Shown: positions 1 through 10,156, counted from the stretch's first letter. The stretch is DNA of 49,821 nucleotides from Limisphaerales bacterium (GCA_044225505.1 JBGAIN010000042.1:1-49821); one strand, 5' to 3'. Numbers and translations are program-made. The notes: generated from the sequence alone by a model not told the origin.

Positions 1-1
1 C

Positions 2-262
2 GCGACGGGCCGCTATTATCTTTATTCCGGACGGGAAGCTGGCGACCGGAGCGATGGTGTCTTTCTTCGGGATCTCCGCGACGGGACCACTCGGACCTTA
101 GTCGAACCCACCCAAGATCGCTCTTTCAGTATTCCGCGTTTTTACGGAGACTCAGTGATTTACGTCCATAGCAGCGCAATTTGGCGAATCCAGCTGGATG
201 GCGCGCGCCAGGAGCGACTGTGTGGAACCGGTGACGGGGTGGCGCCCAACGCCCAACCCTAA
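2..262 (+). CDS. 3' end of a gene entering from the left edge; TolB/PD40-like beta-propeller C-terminus
   Basis: Frame 2 is open from base 2 to TAA at 260-262: ...GRYYLYSG...VFLRDLRDGTTRTLVE...PRFYGDSVIYV...IWRIQLDG..., which resembles propeller blades. Confidence 0.5.
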   Translation, partial: ATGRYYLYSGREAGDRSDGVFLRDLRDGTTRTLVEPTQDRSFSIPRFYGDSVIYVHSSAIWRIQLDGARQERLCGTGDGVAPNAQP

Positions 263-396
263 CTATCGATCGCGAGCCGCCGTGGGCACCTTCGGAAGCG
301 GGACGAACCGGAAATCAGGGCTTGCAATCAGCTTCGGGTTCGTTATTTTTCGCTCCCTCTCGCGTCAGACGATTGAGAGCGGTAGGTGTTCTATTT

Positions 397-954
397 ATGG
401 CAACAGCAAACGATATTCGGAAAGGCATGGCAATTAATTACAATGGCGAAGTCGCCGTTGTCCTGGACAGTCAGCACCGCACCCCTGGCAACCTGCGTGC
501 CTTCGTGCAAGCCACCCTCCGCAGCATTCGGACGGGTAAGTCTTCCGATGTTCGCTTCAGCTCCACGGAAAAGATCGAAGTGGTGCCGATGATGACCCGA
601 AAGATGGAGTTCAGCTACAAAGATGGTGAAGACTACGTCTTTTCGGACCCCGACACCTACGAGACGATCAACTTGCCCCCGGAAATCGTGGGCGAGGGCA
701 AGAACTACCTCGTCGAGAACGCTCATGTCACCGTGACGTTCGTAGAGGAGAAGGCCGTGCAGGTGGAATTGCCCTCTAGCGTTGTTCTGACGGTGACCGA
801 TGCGCCGGAAGGGATTCGTGGGGATTCGGCTAACAACGTGCAAAAGACGGTCACGTTGGAAACCGGCATCACGGTCCAAGCGCCTCTTTTTATCAAGACC
901 GGGGAAAAGGTGAAGGTTGACACCCGCTCCGGCAAATACATGGAACGAGCCTAA
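397..954 (+). CDS. efp: Translation elongation factor P
   Basis: ATG at 397 gives MATANDIRKGM...; HRTPGNLRAFVQ loop; C-terminal K.VTLETG...VQAPLFIKTGEKVKVDTRSGKYMERA signature. Confidence 0.97.
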   Translation: MATANDIRKGMAINYNGEVAVVLDSQHRTPGNLRAFVQATLRSIRTGKSSDVRFSSTEKIEVVPMMTRKMEFSYKDGEDYVFSDPDTYETINLPPEIVGEGKNYLVENAHVTVTFVEEKAVQVELPSSVVLTVTDAPEGIRGDSANNVQKTVTLETGITVQAPLFIKTGEKVKVDTRSGKYMERA

Positions 955-1078
955 AGGCTCCTCCGTGATTTTCGGCATCGCCGTTTCTTAGCGGTCGCCA
1001 CACTAGGCCCAACCCAGCGTTGGCGTTGGGAGCCTCTTGGTTTTCGTCAAACGCCGGCGCCTAACGTTGTCCGTTGAT

Positions 1079-2128
1079 TCAGGTTGGAGGCGCGACCAAG
1101 GGTGGGCGCACTTTGAACTTCTTCGCCAGAGCGAGGGCACTGCTCAGGGATTGAACCCCATCCGTACAGGTAGGATGGGATAAACAAGCTGCGGCCAGGC
1201 AAACCCCCGTGAATAGGCAACGGGTAAGGTCCCACTCTTCATGGAGCCCCATCAGAACCCCAGCACAGAACGCATCGCCCGCCCCGGCTGTGCCCGCGAT
1301 ATACTTGGCCGGAACGGTGAGTGACGATTGCCAAAAGTCCTCGCCTTTGCGCGTGCGTGCGAATGCGCCTTCGGGAAAGTGAATGACGACGAGGTCTTGG
1401 ACGCCATGCTGCAGGAGGGCGCCCGCGGCGTGACGGAGAGAGACAGTGTCAAGCCGCCCGTCATCTTCTCTCACCTTGAAGCCGGTGGTTCGTCCCGCCT
1501 CGATCTCGTTGAGAATACAATAGTCCGTGTGCTGCAGTGCGGGAGTCACGACGCGAGTGAAGCGATCGCTATTCTCGCTGACCACATCGACGCTGGTCTT
1601 GAGTCCGGCTTTTCGGGCACTGGCCAAGAGGCGGGCCGCCTTCGTTCCAAATTGTTTGTCGGTTTCGTCCAGGGCGTCCAAGAGCAACAGGTAGCCCAGA
1701 TGAAAAATCTTCGCCTTGGACTTGGCGAAATCGATATCACTCCCATCCCACAAGACATTGGCGCCGCGGTTATGAAAAAAGGTTCTTCGCCCGTGGGCGA
1801 GCTCGGTCATGACATCGGTGTAAGAAGTGGGGGCCTTGGGAGTCGTTTGGAGATACCGCGTGTCGATTCCGTGCTTCTTACAATTGGCAATGATGCTTTC
1901 GCCGAGCGGGTCTTTTCCGACGAGCCCAGCGGCTGAGAGAGGAAATGAGACCCCCACGTGCGCAAGGTCTATCAGCACGTTATAGGGAGCGCCGCCGGTG
2001 CCTTGTGTTTGCTCACGGATGTTGGCGAGTTGTTCCGGTTGTGGGTAAGAATCGATCATCTTGACCTGGTCGATGATCCAATTCCCACCAGCTAGGAGAC
2101 CGTTACGTTGAGGAGCTTTCTTCTTCAT
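1079..2128 (-). CDS. PfkB/ribokinase-family carbohydrate kinase
   Basis: GGAPYNV N-terminal motif, NEIE motif and anion-hole GAGDAF; start taken at MKKKAP (2128). Confidence 0.9.
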   Translation of the reverse strand: MKKKAPQRNGLLAGGNWIIDQVKMIDSYPQPEQLANIREQTQGTGGAPYNVLIDLAHVGVSFPLSAAGLVGKDPLGESIIANCKKHGIDTRYLQTTPKAPTSYTDVMTELAHGRRTFFHNRGANVLWDGSDIDFAKSKAKIFHLGYLLLLDALDETDKQFGTKAARLLASARKAGLKTSVDVVSENSDRFTRVVTPALQHTDYCILNEIEAGRTTGFKVREDDGRLDTVSLRHAAGALLQHGVQDLVVIHFPEGAFARTRKGEDFWQSSLTVPAKYIAGTAGAGDAFCAGVLMGLHEEWDLTRCLFTGVCLAAACLSHPTCTDGVQSLSSALALAKKFKVRPPLVAPPT

Positions 2129-2312
2129 TCGGGCAAATCGTGTGCCGCACCCTTGGACAGGAGGGTATTGCGGTTGACTCCAATAATGGAACAATGCCGT
2201 CTCTGCTCAAGTAAATTTACGGCTCGAGATTGGTTGGCGGGTGGCAACGTTACCCATTGCATTCAGGTCGCCAAGGGCAAAACGGCCGATGCGGCTGGCG
2301 CTTGGGCTCCAC

Positions 2313-3554
2313 TCACTGAGCGGAGAGCTGCTCTCTTAAGCTCTTGTCGCGCTCGATAATCCGCTGCTTCAGGCGCTTTACTTCGAATTTGTTCCGAATG
2401 GCTTCCCAGCGGCTCGATTCCGCGAGCGCAGGCTGAATGGCTGCGGCATAAGAGTCGATCCTTGCCAGAATGGCATCTAACTTGAATACCGAGCGGTAAA
2501 GTTGGGCGAGCCTCTCTGTATACTGTCGCTGGCCTTCCTTTGTCTCCATCACGGCCAGGGCTACCGCCCCTTCCATGCGAGGCACAATGGGACAATGCGG
2601 ATCGACCCTCCCGGTGCCGAACATTTGATCCATCCCAGTCGGAATAAAGACGAGTTTATTGGAACTTAGATCATGGAAGACGCGATAGTTATTTCGGTTC
2701 ATCGCGTACCCATCCCAGTGGCAGGTGATTACCTCCATGGCCAGGAATGAGAGAAAGCGATCCATATCGACAACTTCTCGGAGACGGCGGAATCTTTCGG
2801 CACGATTCGAGACGGCCAGGGCGGCGGTGACCGCTTTCAGTGCGGAATCATCCGCGCGGTTATCCCCACTGTTGATGATCAACGAATCGACAACGTCATT
2901 GTTTCCGTGGCTCTCATAGAGATTGCCGTCGGTGCGCTGAAAGTAGCGACTCAGGAATTGCTTGTTATAACCCTCCGTTAAAACGTAGAGACCGAGGTCA
3001 CGGTCATTCAGCGTGACTGTCGCATGGCCCGCGCGGGGGACGGGCACCCCGGCAGCTTCGAAAAGCTCGCGACTGATCTTCTCCGAGAGGTAGGAGAGAT
3101 CTTGAACGGAGTTATTCAACGAGATTCGCCGCAGGCCATGGAACATCTGCTCCGCGCCTTCCCCGTCAAACTTGAGCGTGAAACTGGGGGTTTGGCCAAC
3201 CGGTCGGAAGCTGCCGAACCAGCCTTTGAGATGCACGCTGACATTCGTATAGACTTTGTCGCCTTCGTGAACCATGGCTGGCGTGCTCGGTCGAGGTTGT
3301 CCATCTCCGAACCCCGTGCTTTGCAGAATCTCCATGCCCGCTGCAGGAACCTGGATGGTGATCCGCGGGACGAACTCTCCAGCGAAGAGATCAGGGTTGG
3401 CGGACGCGCCAGCGCGTCTTGCCGGTTGGCGATTAGCCAGAAACCACCAAGCGCCGATCGACAACGCGATCACGAACAGCCAACGACCCGCGGTTCGGCG
3501 TCGTTTAGGCCGCGCGTAGGCACTCAGGAGTGGCGGGATCTGATCGGATTCCAT
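2313..3554 (-). CDS. CotH-family protein kinase with an N-terminal membrane anchor
   Basis: HLKG..GSFRP, LNNSVQD.SYLSE, LGLYVLTE, HWDGY..NRNNY motifs; hydrophobic helix WLFVIALSIGAWWFL. Confidence 0.85.
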   Translation of the reverse strand: MESDQIPPLLSAYARPKRRRTAGRWLFVIALSIGAWWFLANRQPARRAGASANPDLFAGEFVPRITIQVPAAGMEILQSTGFGDGQPRPSTPAMVHEGDKVYTNVSVHLKGWFGSFRPVGQTPSFTLKFDGEGAEQMFHGLRRISLNNSVQDLSYLSEKISRELFEAAGVPVPRAGHATVTLNDRDLGLYVLTEGYNKQFLSRYFQRTDGNLYESHGNNDVVDSLIINSGDNRADDSALKAVTAALAVSNRAERFRRLREVVDMDRFLSFLAMEVITCHWDGYAMNRNNYRVFHDLSSNKLVFIPTGMDQMFGTGRVDPHCPIVPRMEGAVALAVMETKEGQRQYTERLAQLYRSVFKLDAILARIDSYAAAIQPALAESSRWEAIRNKFEVKRLKQRIIERDKSLREQLSAQ

Positions 3555-3665
3555 AGGCAACGCGAACTCGGCTCCGGTGACGAGAGGTCCTTCAGCAATG
3601 GAAAATCACCCAGTCGCTCGAGCGACGCGCGAATGGCTTTCATAACTGGAGCCGGAATCAATCCC

Positions 3666-6218
3666 TCACTGAGGAATGGCGCGATAGAACCGCCAGTTTG
3701 GCCCTGGGGCCGTATCCTGCAATCGTACGGGCGCGTTGGTGATTGAGAAATCCCCGAGGCTGCTCCAGGACTGCAAGTCTGACGAGAATTCGATCCGCCC
3801 GGTGGATTCTGGAGGACCCGCGATATCGATGTTCACGCGCCGGGGAAAAGTGGTTCGTGTCAGATTCAATTGCAGGAGTGAGGAATACGCTGCCGTCAGG
3901 TGAAGCGTGCGAATAGCCGCGCGCCCGTTCGCATCCCGGCCCAGCCAACGGACAACGTAGAGGTCATCGACATCCGGTGTAAAGGCCGGATCCCGAACCG
4001 ACGCGGACCACGATTGGGTGGCCGAAGTCGCTGGGCATCGGATTAGCGTCCAGCTCCAAGAGATGGTGTTGCTCCCCGCGACGCCCAAGTGTCGGGTGAC
4101 GCCGGCGCTGGCACTGGCGGGATCGACGATGGGCATGTCCGGCACCGGCAAGAAACCTTTGCGGATCACTTGGCTTAGAGGGTCGGTGACATAGATGTTG
4201 CCGGAGTTATCCACGGCGACACCGGACGGGGCGGTAAATTGGGCGGAACTGCCTGTTCCATCGGTGTTGCCTGGCAAGCCGGGTGATCCGGCGAGTGTGG
4301 TTACGCTACCCCGCGGGGTGATGCGACGCAAAACGCTATTCCCGGAATCGGTAACGTAAAGATTGTTTTCGGAATCGAACGACAGCCCGACAGGATAAGT
4401 AAACCGCGCGGCCGCCCCGGTGCCATCCACGATTCCAGCCTTGCCCGCCGTCCCCGCGAATGTGGTGACCACGCCGTCCGGGTAGATCTTTCGAATCGTT
4501 TGGTTCCCATCGTCCGCGACGAATACATTGCCTTTGGCGTCCACGGCGATTCCTTCCGGGGCAAAAAAGGTCGCGCTCAACCCTGTGCCATCCGCGCTGC
4601 CCGAAGTGCCCGCTTTGCCTGCGAGCGTCGAGACAACTCCGGCGGGCGTGACCTTTCGGATGACATGATTTCCGGTATCAGAAACGTAGAGAACACCCGC
4701 GGCGTCGAGAGCGATCCGAAAAGGGCGGTTGAAGCGGGCGGCCGCGCCCGTTCCGTCCGCGCTGCCGGAAGTTCCGGCCAGACCCGCAAGTGTCGTGACC
4801 GTGCCGTCGGCGGTGATCTGTCGGATAGTGTGGTTGGCTGCATCCGCCACGTAAACCACGCCATTGTTCACGGCCACGCCCAAGGGTTCGGCGAACCGCG
4901 CGATCGAGCCTTTGCCATCCTGACTTCCCGTGGCCGCGGCGAGCCCTGCTAGCGTAACGACCTCATCATTGGCGATCTTGCGGACCACAACATTGACCGC
5001 ATCGACAACATAGAGAGTCCCGTCGCGATCTACCGCGACATCTTGGGGGTTGTGGAAGCGCGCGGCAGTGCGGTTTCCGTCATTACTACCAATCTCAGGC
5101 GTCGAACCGACAAACGACGTCACCACTCCAGCCGCGGAAACCTTTCGCACGGTATGATTGTAAGCATCTGCCACCAGCAGATCATCCCCCGTCAAGACCA
5201 CGCCAAGCGGATAGTTGAATTTTGCGGCGCGTCCGGTGCCGTCATCGCTTCCGGCGGTTCCAGGCGTGCCCGCCAAGGTGGTCACCACACCGTCCGGCGT
5301 GATGATCCGGATGGCGTGATTAAAGAAATCGGTGACGTAGAGCTTACCGCCAGATCCCAAGGCAATCCCGCCTGGAACGTTGAACCGAGCCGCCGTCCCC
5401 GTGCCATCCGTCGACCCCGCCGTGCCAGCGAGACCGGCCAGAGTCGTTACCGCGCCGGCGGGCGTGATTTTTCGGATGGCATGATTTCCACCATCGGCGA
5501 CATAGACGATGCCGGCATTATCAATGATGAGGTCCTGGGGATAGTTAAACCGGGCGGCCGTTCCGAGGCTATCCACGCTTCCCGAAGTCCCGGGCAAGCC
5601 CGCTAAGGTCGTGACGACTCCATCAGCCGTGATCTTTCGGATGGCGTGGTTGTAGGTATCCGCAACATAAAGCGTTCCGTCGCGATCGAGTTTTAGGTTG
5701 ACGGGATAGTTAAACCGGGCGCTCGCCCCCGTCCCATCCACGATCCCAGTGGTTCCGGGTTGTCCCGCCAAGGTAGTCACGGCGCCGTCCGCGGTTATTC
5801 GGCGGATTGTATGGCTATAACTATCCGCGACGTAAAGATTCCCGGCTCCATCGATAGCGACCCCTTGAGGTCCGGTGAATCGCGCATTAGCGCCCGTGCC
5901 GTCCGTGTCGCCAGGGTGAGACGCCAAGCCTGCCACCGTCGTGACTATGCCCGCGGGGCTGACCTTGCGAATGATATGGTTGTTGGAGTCGGCGACAAAA
6001 ACGTTGCCAGCATTATCCACAGCCAAACCGGACGGCGCATTAAATCGAGCGTCGCGTCCTCCGCCGTCGGATGTCCCTGCGCCTTTCTCTCGGATTCCCG
6101 CATAGGTGATGAAAGTGTGGGGCTCGTAGGTGATCTGGGCGTGCAATGGCCGGGCAAAGAAAGCAGCGGCCAAAAGGGCCGTGATTCCCCATGAAACTAC
6201 AAAGCGTCCTTTGTTCAT
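3666..6218 (-). CDS. Secreted NHL-repeat beta-propeller protein with a C-terminal FYR-type domain
   Basis: Signal peptide; about 12 repeats of G.GA.ARF..P.G.A.D..G.LYVAD..N..IRKIT..G.VTTLAG; ends ...SSDLQSW...RFYRAIPQ. Confidence 0.9.
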   Translation of the reverse strand: MNKGRFVVSWGITALLAAAFFARPLHAQITYEPHTFITYAGIREKGAGTSDGGGRDARFNAPSGLAVDNAGNVFVADSNNHIIRKVSPAGIVTTVAGLASHPGDTDGTGANARFTGPQGVAIDGAGNLYVADSYSHTIRRITADGAVTTLAGQPGTTGIVDGTGASARFNYPVNLKLDRDGTLYVADTYNHAIRKITADGVVTTLAGLPGTSGSVDSLGTAARFNYPQDLIIDNAGIVYVADGGNHAIRKITPAGAVTTLAGLAGTAGSTDGTGTAARFNVPGGIALGSGGKLYVTDFFNHAIRIITPDGVVTTLAGTPGTAGSDDGTGRAAKFNYPLGVVLTGDDLLVADAYNHTVRKVSAAGVVTSFVGSTPEIGSNDGNRTAARFHNPQDVAVDRDGTLYVVDAVNVVVRKIANDEVVTLAGLAAATGSQDGKGSIARFAEPLGVAVNNGVVYVADAANHTIRQITADGTVTTLAGLAGTSGSADGTGAAARFNRPFRIALDAAGVLYVSDTGNHVIRKVTPAGVVSTLAGKAGTSGSADGTGLSATFFAPEGIAVDAKGNVFVADDGNQTIRKIYPDGVVTTFAGTAGKAGIVDGTGAAARFTYPVGLSFDSENNLYVTDSGNSVLRRITPRGSVTTLAGSPGLPGNTDGTGSSAQFTAPSGVAVDNSGNIYVTDPLSQVIRKGFLPVPDMPIVDPASASAGVTRHLGVAGSNTISWSWTLIRCPATSATQSWSASVRDPAFTPDVDDLYVVRWLGRDANGRAAIRTLHLTAAYSSLLQLNLTRTTFPRRVNIDIAGPPESTGRIEFSSDLQSWSSLGDFSITNAPVRLQDTAPGPNWRFYRAIPQ

Positions 6219-6512
6219 TCGTTGTGCGATGCTTATTTATCGAGAATTCTCGGGAAGGGAAGCAGCATCAGTGCCTGGCGTGCCATGCATCGACGATTCT
6301 CGAGCCCCCAAACCACTTGTCGTGTGCCACACCCGTTTCGGGCCACATTGGGGTTGGATGGCGGCGGGGTTGGCAAGAACTTGAGCAGTTCCGAAGGGTC
6401 GAATGCGTCAAGATCACGCATCCAACCGTGGTCCATCCACCGTCCATCGTGAGGGAGCGGAACGTCTCGCGAGCGTGTCGGGGCACCTGACTGGCTCTTT
6501 TTGGCGATGGAC

Positions 6513-6764
6513 CTAGTGTGCCGTCCCCGAATTCCGTAAGCTATCGCGGCCAGGAGTTTTGCCTCGTCCGCAAGGCGCGAGTGAGGCGCATCCCCGTCGC
6601 GGACGGGCAAAAAAACTGCTGCCCAAAGGGTTGCGCTGAAAACGGGTCCTGGCTTCGTTGCTCCTCGGTCGGAGAGCACTGCGGCAATCCTCCGTCGTCA
6701 CACCTCGCCGGGAACCCATTTTGAGCGCAACTAAAGCCTGCGGAATTAGGCGACAGCACACTGG
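6513..6764. mobile_element. MITE-like non-autonomous element (~252 bp) with ~24-bp imperfect terminal inverted repeats
   Basis: Left end CTAGTGTGCCGTCCCCGAATTCCG matches the reverse complement of the right end, CCAGTGTGCTGTCGCCTAATTCCG, at 20/24. No transposase is present. The left end recurs at 30670-30720. Confidence 0.7.
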
Positions 6765-6935
6765 CGCTATCGAGCGATATCCGCGGATCGCTCCCGGTCC
6801 TGGGCCGTTCGGAGCAAATTGCTCCGATTCAGATGGAAATGGGGGGGAATTGGAGTTGGAACCAAATTGTCACCAAAGTTTAGGGGCCGGGGGAAATGGG
6901 GATCTCAAGGTAAACCCAAGCGCCGGAACTTCCTT

Positions 6936-6984
6936 TGATCCTCCAGTGATCCTCCAGTGATCCTCCAGTGATCCTCCAGTGATC
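6936..6984. repeat. Perfect 11-bp tandem repeat (TGATCCTCCAG) x4.5
   Basis: Read directly from the sequence. Confidence 0.95.
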
Positions 6985-7526
6985 GCAGAAGATAGGTTGG
7001 AGCCACCATGGAGCGTTTCAGGGCCGACTGTGAAGGCAGTTCCGGTCGGCTGCCAGTGTGTACCGAGGCTGTTTCCTTTCTCGTTCGCCTTTCCGCTCTT
7101 AGCCCAGGCAAGTTCAAGCGCCCGCAGGGGATGGAAGCATGCAGAGGGTGCTTGGGCCGGGGTACATGGCCTCTAACGCGTTGATCCGCAATTGTCACCG
7201 ACAGATCCAGGGCACGCCAAGGGTGCTGCGCTCAAGCTTTTCCGGCACGGTGCGGCCTGAACGGAGCTTACTCCCCATTCGCTACCTTCAACTCCTGGCA
7301 CACCCCCTCAAAACCAAGGACCAATCTCAGGTTCTTGGTCACTGACAACGTGTTGCAGCGCCACATCAGCTCGTTGATCCGCCAAAACCATGGGCCTGCA
7401 TCGGTGTTGACTTTGATCCGGAAGCGCGTTGGATGGAGGTGCAAAAGCACTCAATGGGTTAAGACGGCGAGTGGGCGAACTTTGGGGGAGACCTGTTGCG
7501 ATGCGAGAATGATTTCAGCGTAGCCC

Positions 7527-9227
7527 ATGAAGAACTTAAGGTCGATCCTCTTCACTCGGTTTTGCCGTTGGTGGTTCGCTTGCCCTTTGGCGTTGACGGC
7601 GCATCTCGCTGTCTTTGGCGCCTCCGCCCAGACGAACCAGGACCGTTTCGTCTGGGTGTTTGGCTGGGGGTTGGAAAGCTCCCGGGACACTGCGGCTATC
7701 ACCAATCTGTTGGAGACCGCGGCGCGCTCCGGACTGAATGGGGCGGTGCTTTCAGCCAATCTGGACACGTTGTGCAAGCAATCCCCGGCGTATTTGTCCC
7801 ATCTTCAGGCCGTAAAAACGACGTGCGACAATCTTGGGTTGGAGTTGATTCCAAGTGTCTTTTCGGTCGGATACGGCGGCGGTATACTCTCGCACAATCG
7901 GCATTTGGCCGAGGGCCTGCCCGTCAGGGATGCGACGTTCGTGGTGCATGGGAACGAAGCTCGGTTTGAACCGGATCATCCGGTGACGATCGTCAACGGG
8001 TCGTTTGAAGAATTTAAGGGGAACCAGTTTCCGGGATTCGGTTTCCACGACAGTCCGGGCGTCATCAGCCACGTCGACACAAATACAGTCCATAGCGGGC
8101 GGGCGGCGCTCCGTCTCGAGGGGTTTCAGACCGATCGCTATGGGCATGGCAGGATTATGCAGAAGGTCTCGGTGCAACCGCAGCGTTGTTATCGCATGAG
8201 CCTTTGGGTGAAGACGGAAGGGCTGCAGCCGGCTACGGCGTTTCGGGTGACGGTCTTGGCCGGTGACCGCGAGCTGGCGCCGCGGACGTTCCCGGTCAAG
8301 GCGACGTCGGATTGGCAAAAGTTGACCTTGCTGGTGAACAGCCTCGAGTTCGATTCGATGAATGTCTACGCAGGGGTCTGGGAAGGAAAAGAGGGGCGGG
8401 TGTGGTGGGATGACTGGTTTATCGAGGAGGTAGGGCCGATCAATGCGTTACGTCGGCCGGGAACGCCATTGACGGTGCGGAGCGAAGATCGGTCGACGAC
8501 TTACCAGGAGGGGCGGGACTACGAAGTGTTTGCCTCTCCAGAGTTCAGCCATTATCGATTGGACCAGCCAAATCCCCCCATTCGACTGCGGCCGGGAGGT
8601 CCGATTCACGAGGGAGATCGGCTTCGAGTGAGTTGGTTTCATCCGATGCTCATCCACGATTCCCAAGTGACCGTCTGTATGGCCGAAAGCCAACTCGACG
8701 AGATATTCGATCACGAAGCGCGGCTGCTGGCGGAGCAGCTCCATCCCCGAAAGATCCTGTTGAATATGGATGAAGTCAGACTGGGTGGAACCTGCGAGAA
8801 ATGCCGCGACAAAAACATGGCTGAGTTACTGGGAGGGTGTATCGGGCGTCAGGTCGACGCTCTCCGACGGTATAGTCCCGAGGCCCGGATCTATATCTGG
8901 TCAGACATGTTGGATCCGAATCACAACGCGCGCGGCCAGTACTATCTGGTGCGAGGAGACTTTACCGGTTCGTGGAACTACGTCCCGAAGGACCTAATCG
9001 TGACGGTTTGGGGAGGGGCGCCGCGAGAACAGAGTTTACGCTTTTTTGCCGATCACGGATTCCAAACCCTCGTGGCCTGTTATTACGATGCGGATGATTT
9101 GAACGAAGTGATAGGCTGGCAGGCATTAGCGGGCAAGGTGCCCAACGTGCGCGGTATGATGTACACTCCCTGGTTGAAGAAATACGATTTACTGCCTGAC
9201 TTTGGGAAGCTTCTCCGTGTAAAATAA
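7527..9227 (+). CDS. Secreted putative glycoside hydrolase (GH20-like TIM barrel) with an inserted CBM4/9-like domain
   Basis: Signal peptide; NGSFE...YRMSLWVKTE...VWWDD CBM pattern; NMDEVR and IWSDML resemble the GH20 DE catalytic pair region. Confidence 0.55.
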   Translation: MKNLRSILFTRFCRWWFACPLALTAHLAVFGASAQTNQDRFVWVFGWGLESSRDTAAITNLLETAARSGLNGAVLSANLDTLCKQSPAYLSHLQAVKTTCDNLGLELIPSVFSVGYGGGILSHNRHLAEGLPVRDATFVVHGNEARFEPDHPVTIVNGSFEEFKGNQFPGFGFHDSPGVISHVDTNTVHSGRAALRLEGFQTDRYGHGRIMQKVSVQPQRCYRMSLWVKTEGLQPATAFRVTVLAGDRELAPRTFPVKATSDWQKLTLLVNSLEFDSMNVYAGVWEGKEGRVWWDDWFIEEVGPINALRRPGTPLTVRSEDRSTTYQEGRDYEVFASPEFSHYRLDQPNPPIRLRPGGPIHEGDRLRVSWFHPMLIHDSQVTVCMAESQLDEIFDHEARLLAEQLHPRKILLNMDEVRLGGTCEKCRDKNMAELLGGCIGRQVDALRRYSPEARIYIWSDMLDPNHNARGQYYLVRGDFTGSWNYVPKDLIVTVWGGAPREQSLRFFADHGFQTLVACYYDADDLNEVIGWQALAGKVPNVRGMMYTPWLKKYDLLPDFGKLLRVK

Positions 9228-9235
9228 AGAAACCC

Positions 9236-10156
9236 ATGAAACTTTGGACGCAATCATTGATTCTTCTCTCATTCTGCATTGGGAGTGCCTGGGCCCAGCC
9301 ATCGCCATCGAATGCCAGTGGCGCTGGAGTCGTCGCCAGCGGCGCCAAGCTGGAAAAGCTATCGGGCGAATTTGAGTTTACCGAAGGGCCAACATCAGAC
9401 GCCGCGGGCAATGTGTTTTTCACAGATCAACCGAACGATCGCATCATGAAATGGAGCGTCGACGGACAGCTGTCGACCTATCTCCATCCCGCGGGTCGGG
9501 CCAACGGGATGTACTTCGATGAAGGAGGCAACCTCATCGCGTGCGCGGATGAAAAGACGGAACTGTGGTCGATTGCAAAAGATAAGAAGATCACGATCCT
9601 GGCGAAGGAATTCAATGGAAAGATGCTGAACGGGCCCAACGACGTCTGGTTCCGGCAAGGGGGCGGACTTTACTTCACCGATCCATTCTACAAACGGCCG
9701 TGGTGGAACTATGAAAAAATGCCGCAAGACGGCCAGCACGTTTACTATCTCGCCGCGGACCGAGCCAAGCTACGACGGGTCGCGGATGACCTCACCCAGC
9801 CGAACGGGATCATCGGTTCCCCAGATGGTCAGCTGCTTTATGTGTCCGACATCGGCGCTCGCAAGACGTATCGCTATCATATTCAACCGGACGGTTCTTT
9901 AGGGAGCAAGAAACTGTTCTGCGAACTTGGCTCCGACGGCATGACTCTAGACAGTGCTGGCAACGTTTATCTCACGGGCAAGGGCGTGACCGTGTTTAAC
10001 CCTGCTGGGAAACAAATCGATCACATCGATGTGCCTGAGCCTTGGACTGCCAATGTTTCCTTCGGCGGGAAGGAGCGGGAAACCTTGTTTATCACCGCAA
10101 GCAAAGGGCTCTACTCGATTCGCGTAAACGTGCGCGGAGCCAAAGCTTCGAAGTAA
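9236..10156 (+). CDS. SMP-30/gluconolactonase/LRE family protein, secreted
   Basis: FTEGP, GPNDV, YFTDP, QPNGI, SDGMTLD motifs; signal peptide. Confidence 0.92.
   Translation: MKLWTQSLILLSFCIGSAWAQPSPSNASGAGVVASGAKLEKLSGEFEFTEGPTSDAAGNVFFTDQPNDRIMKWSVDGQLSTYLHPAGRANGMYFDEGGNLIACADEKTELWSIAKDKKITILAKEFNGKMLNGPNDVWFRQGGGLYFTDPFYKRPWWNYEKMPQDGQHVYYLAADRAKLRRVADDLTQPNGIIGSPDGQLLYVSDIGARKTYRYHIQPDGSLGSKKLFCELGSDGMTLDSAGNVYLTGKGVTVFNPAGKQIDHIDVPEPWTANVSFGGKERETLFITASKGLYSIRVNVRGAKASK

Noticed and set aside
4150..6100. DNA-level repeats as a mobile or diversity-generating element
   Set aside because: They are explained by NHL protein repeats with divergent codons; no reverse transcriptase or recombinase is nearby
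6936..6984. Short repeats here and at 30497 as a CRISPR array
   Set aside because: The units are 11 bp and contiguous with no spacers, and no cas genes are in the window
6220..7520. Short ORFs or a structured ncRNA in the long intergenic region
   Set aside because: The ORFs overlap the MITE and repeats and show no protein-like motifs; no tRNA, riboswitch or other known RNA is recognisable by eye, though an Rfam search was not possible
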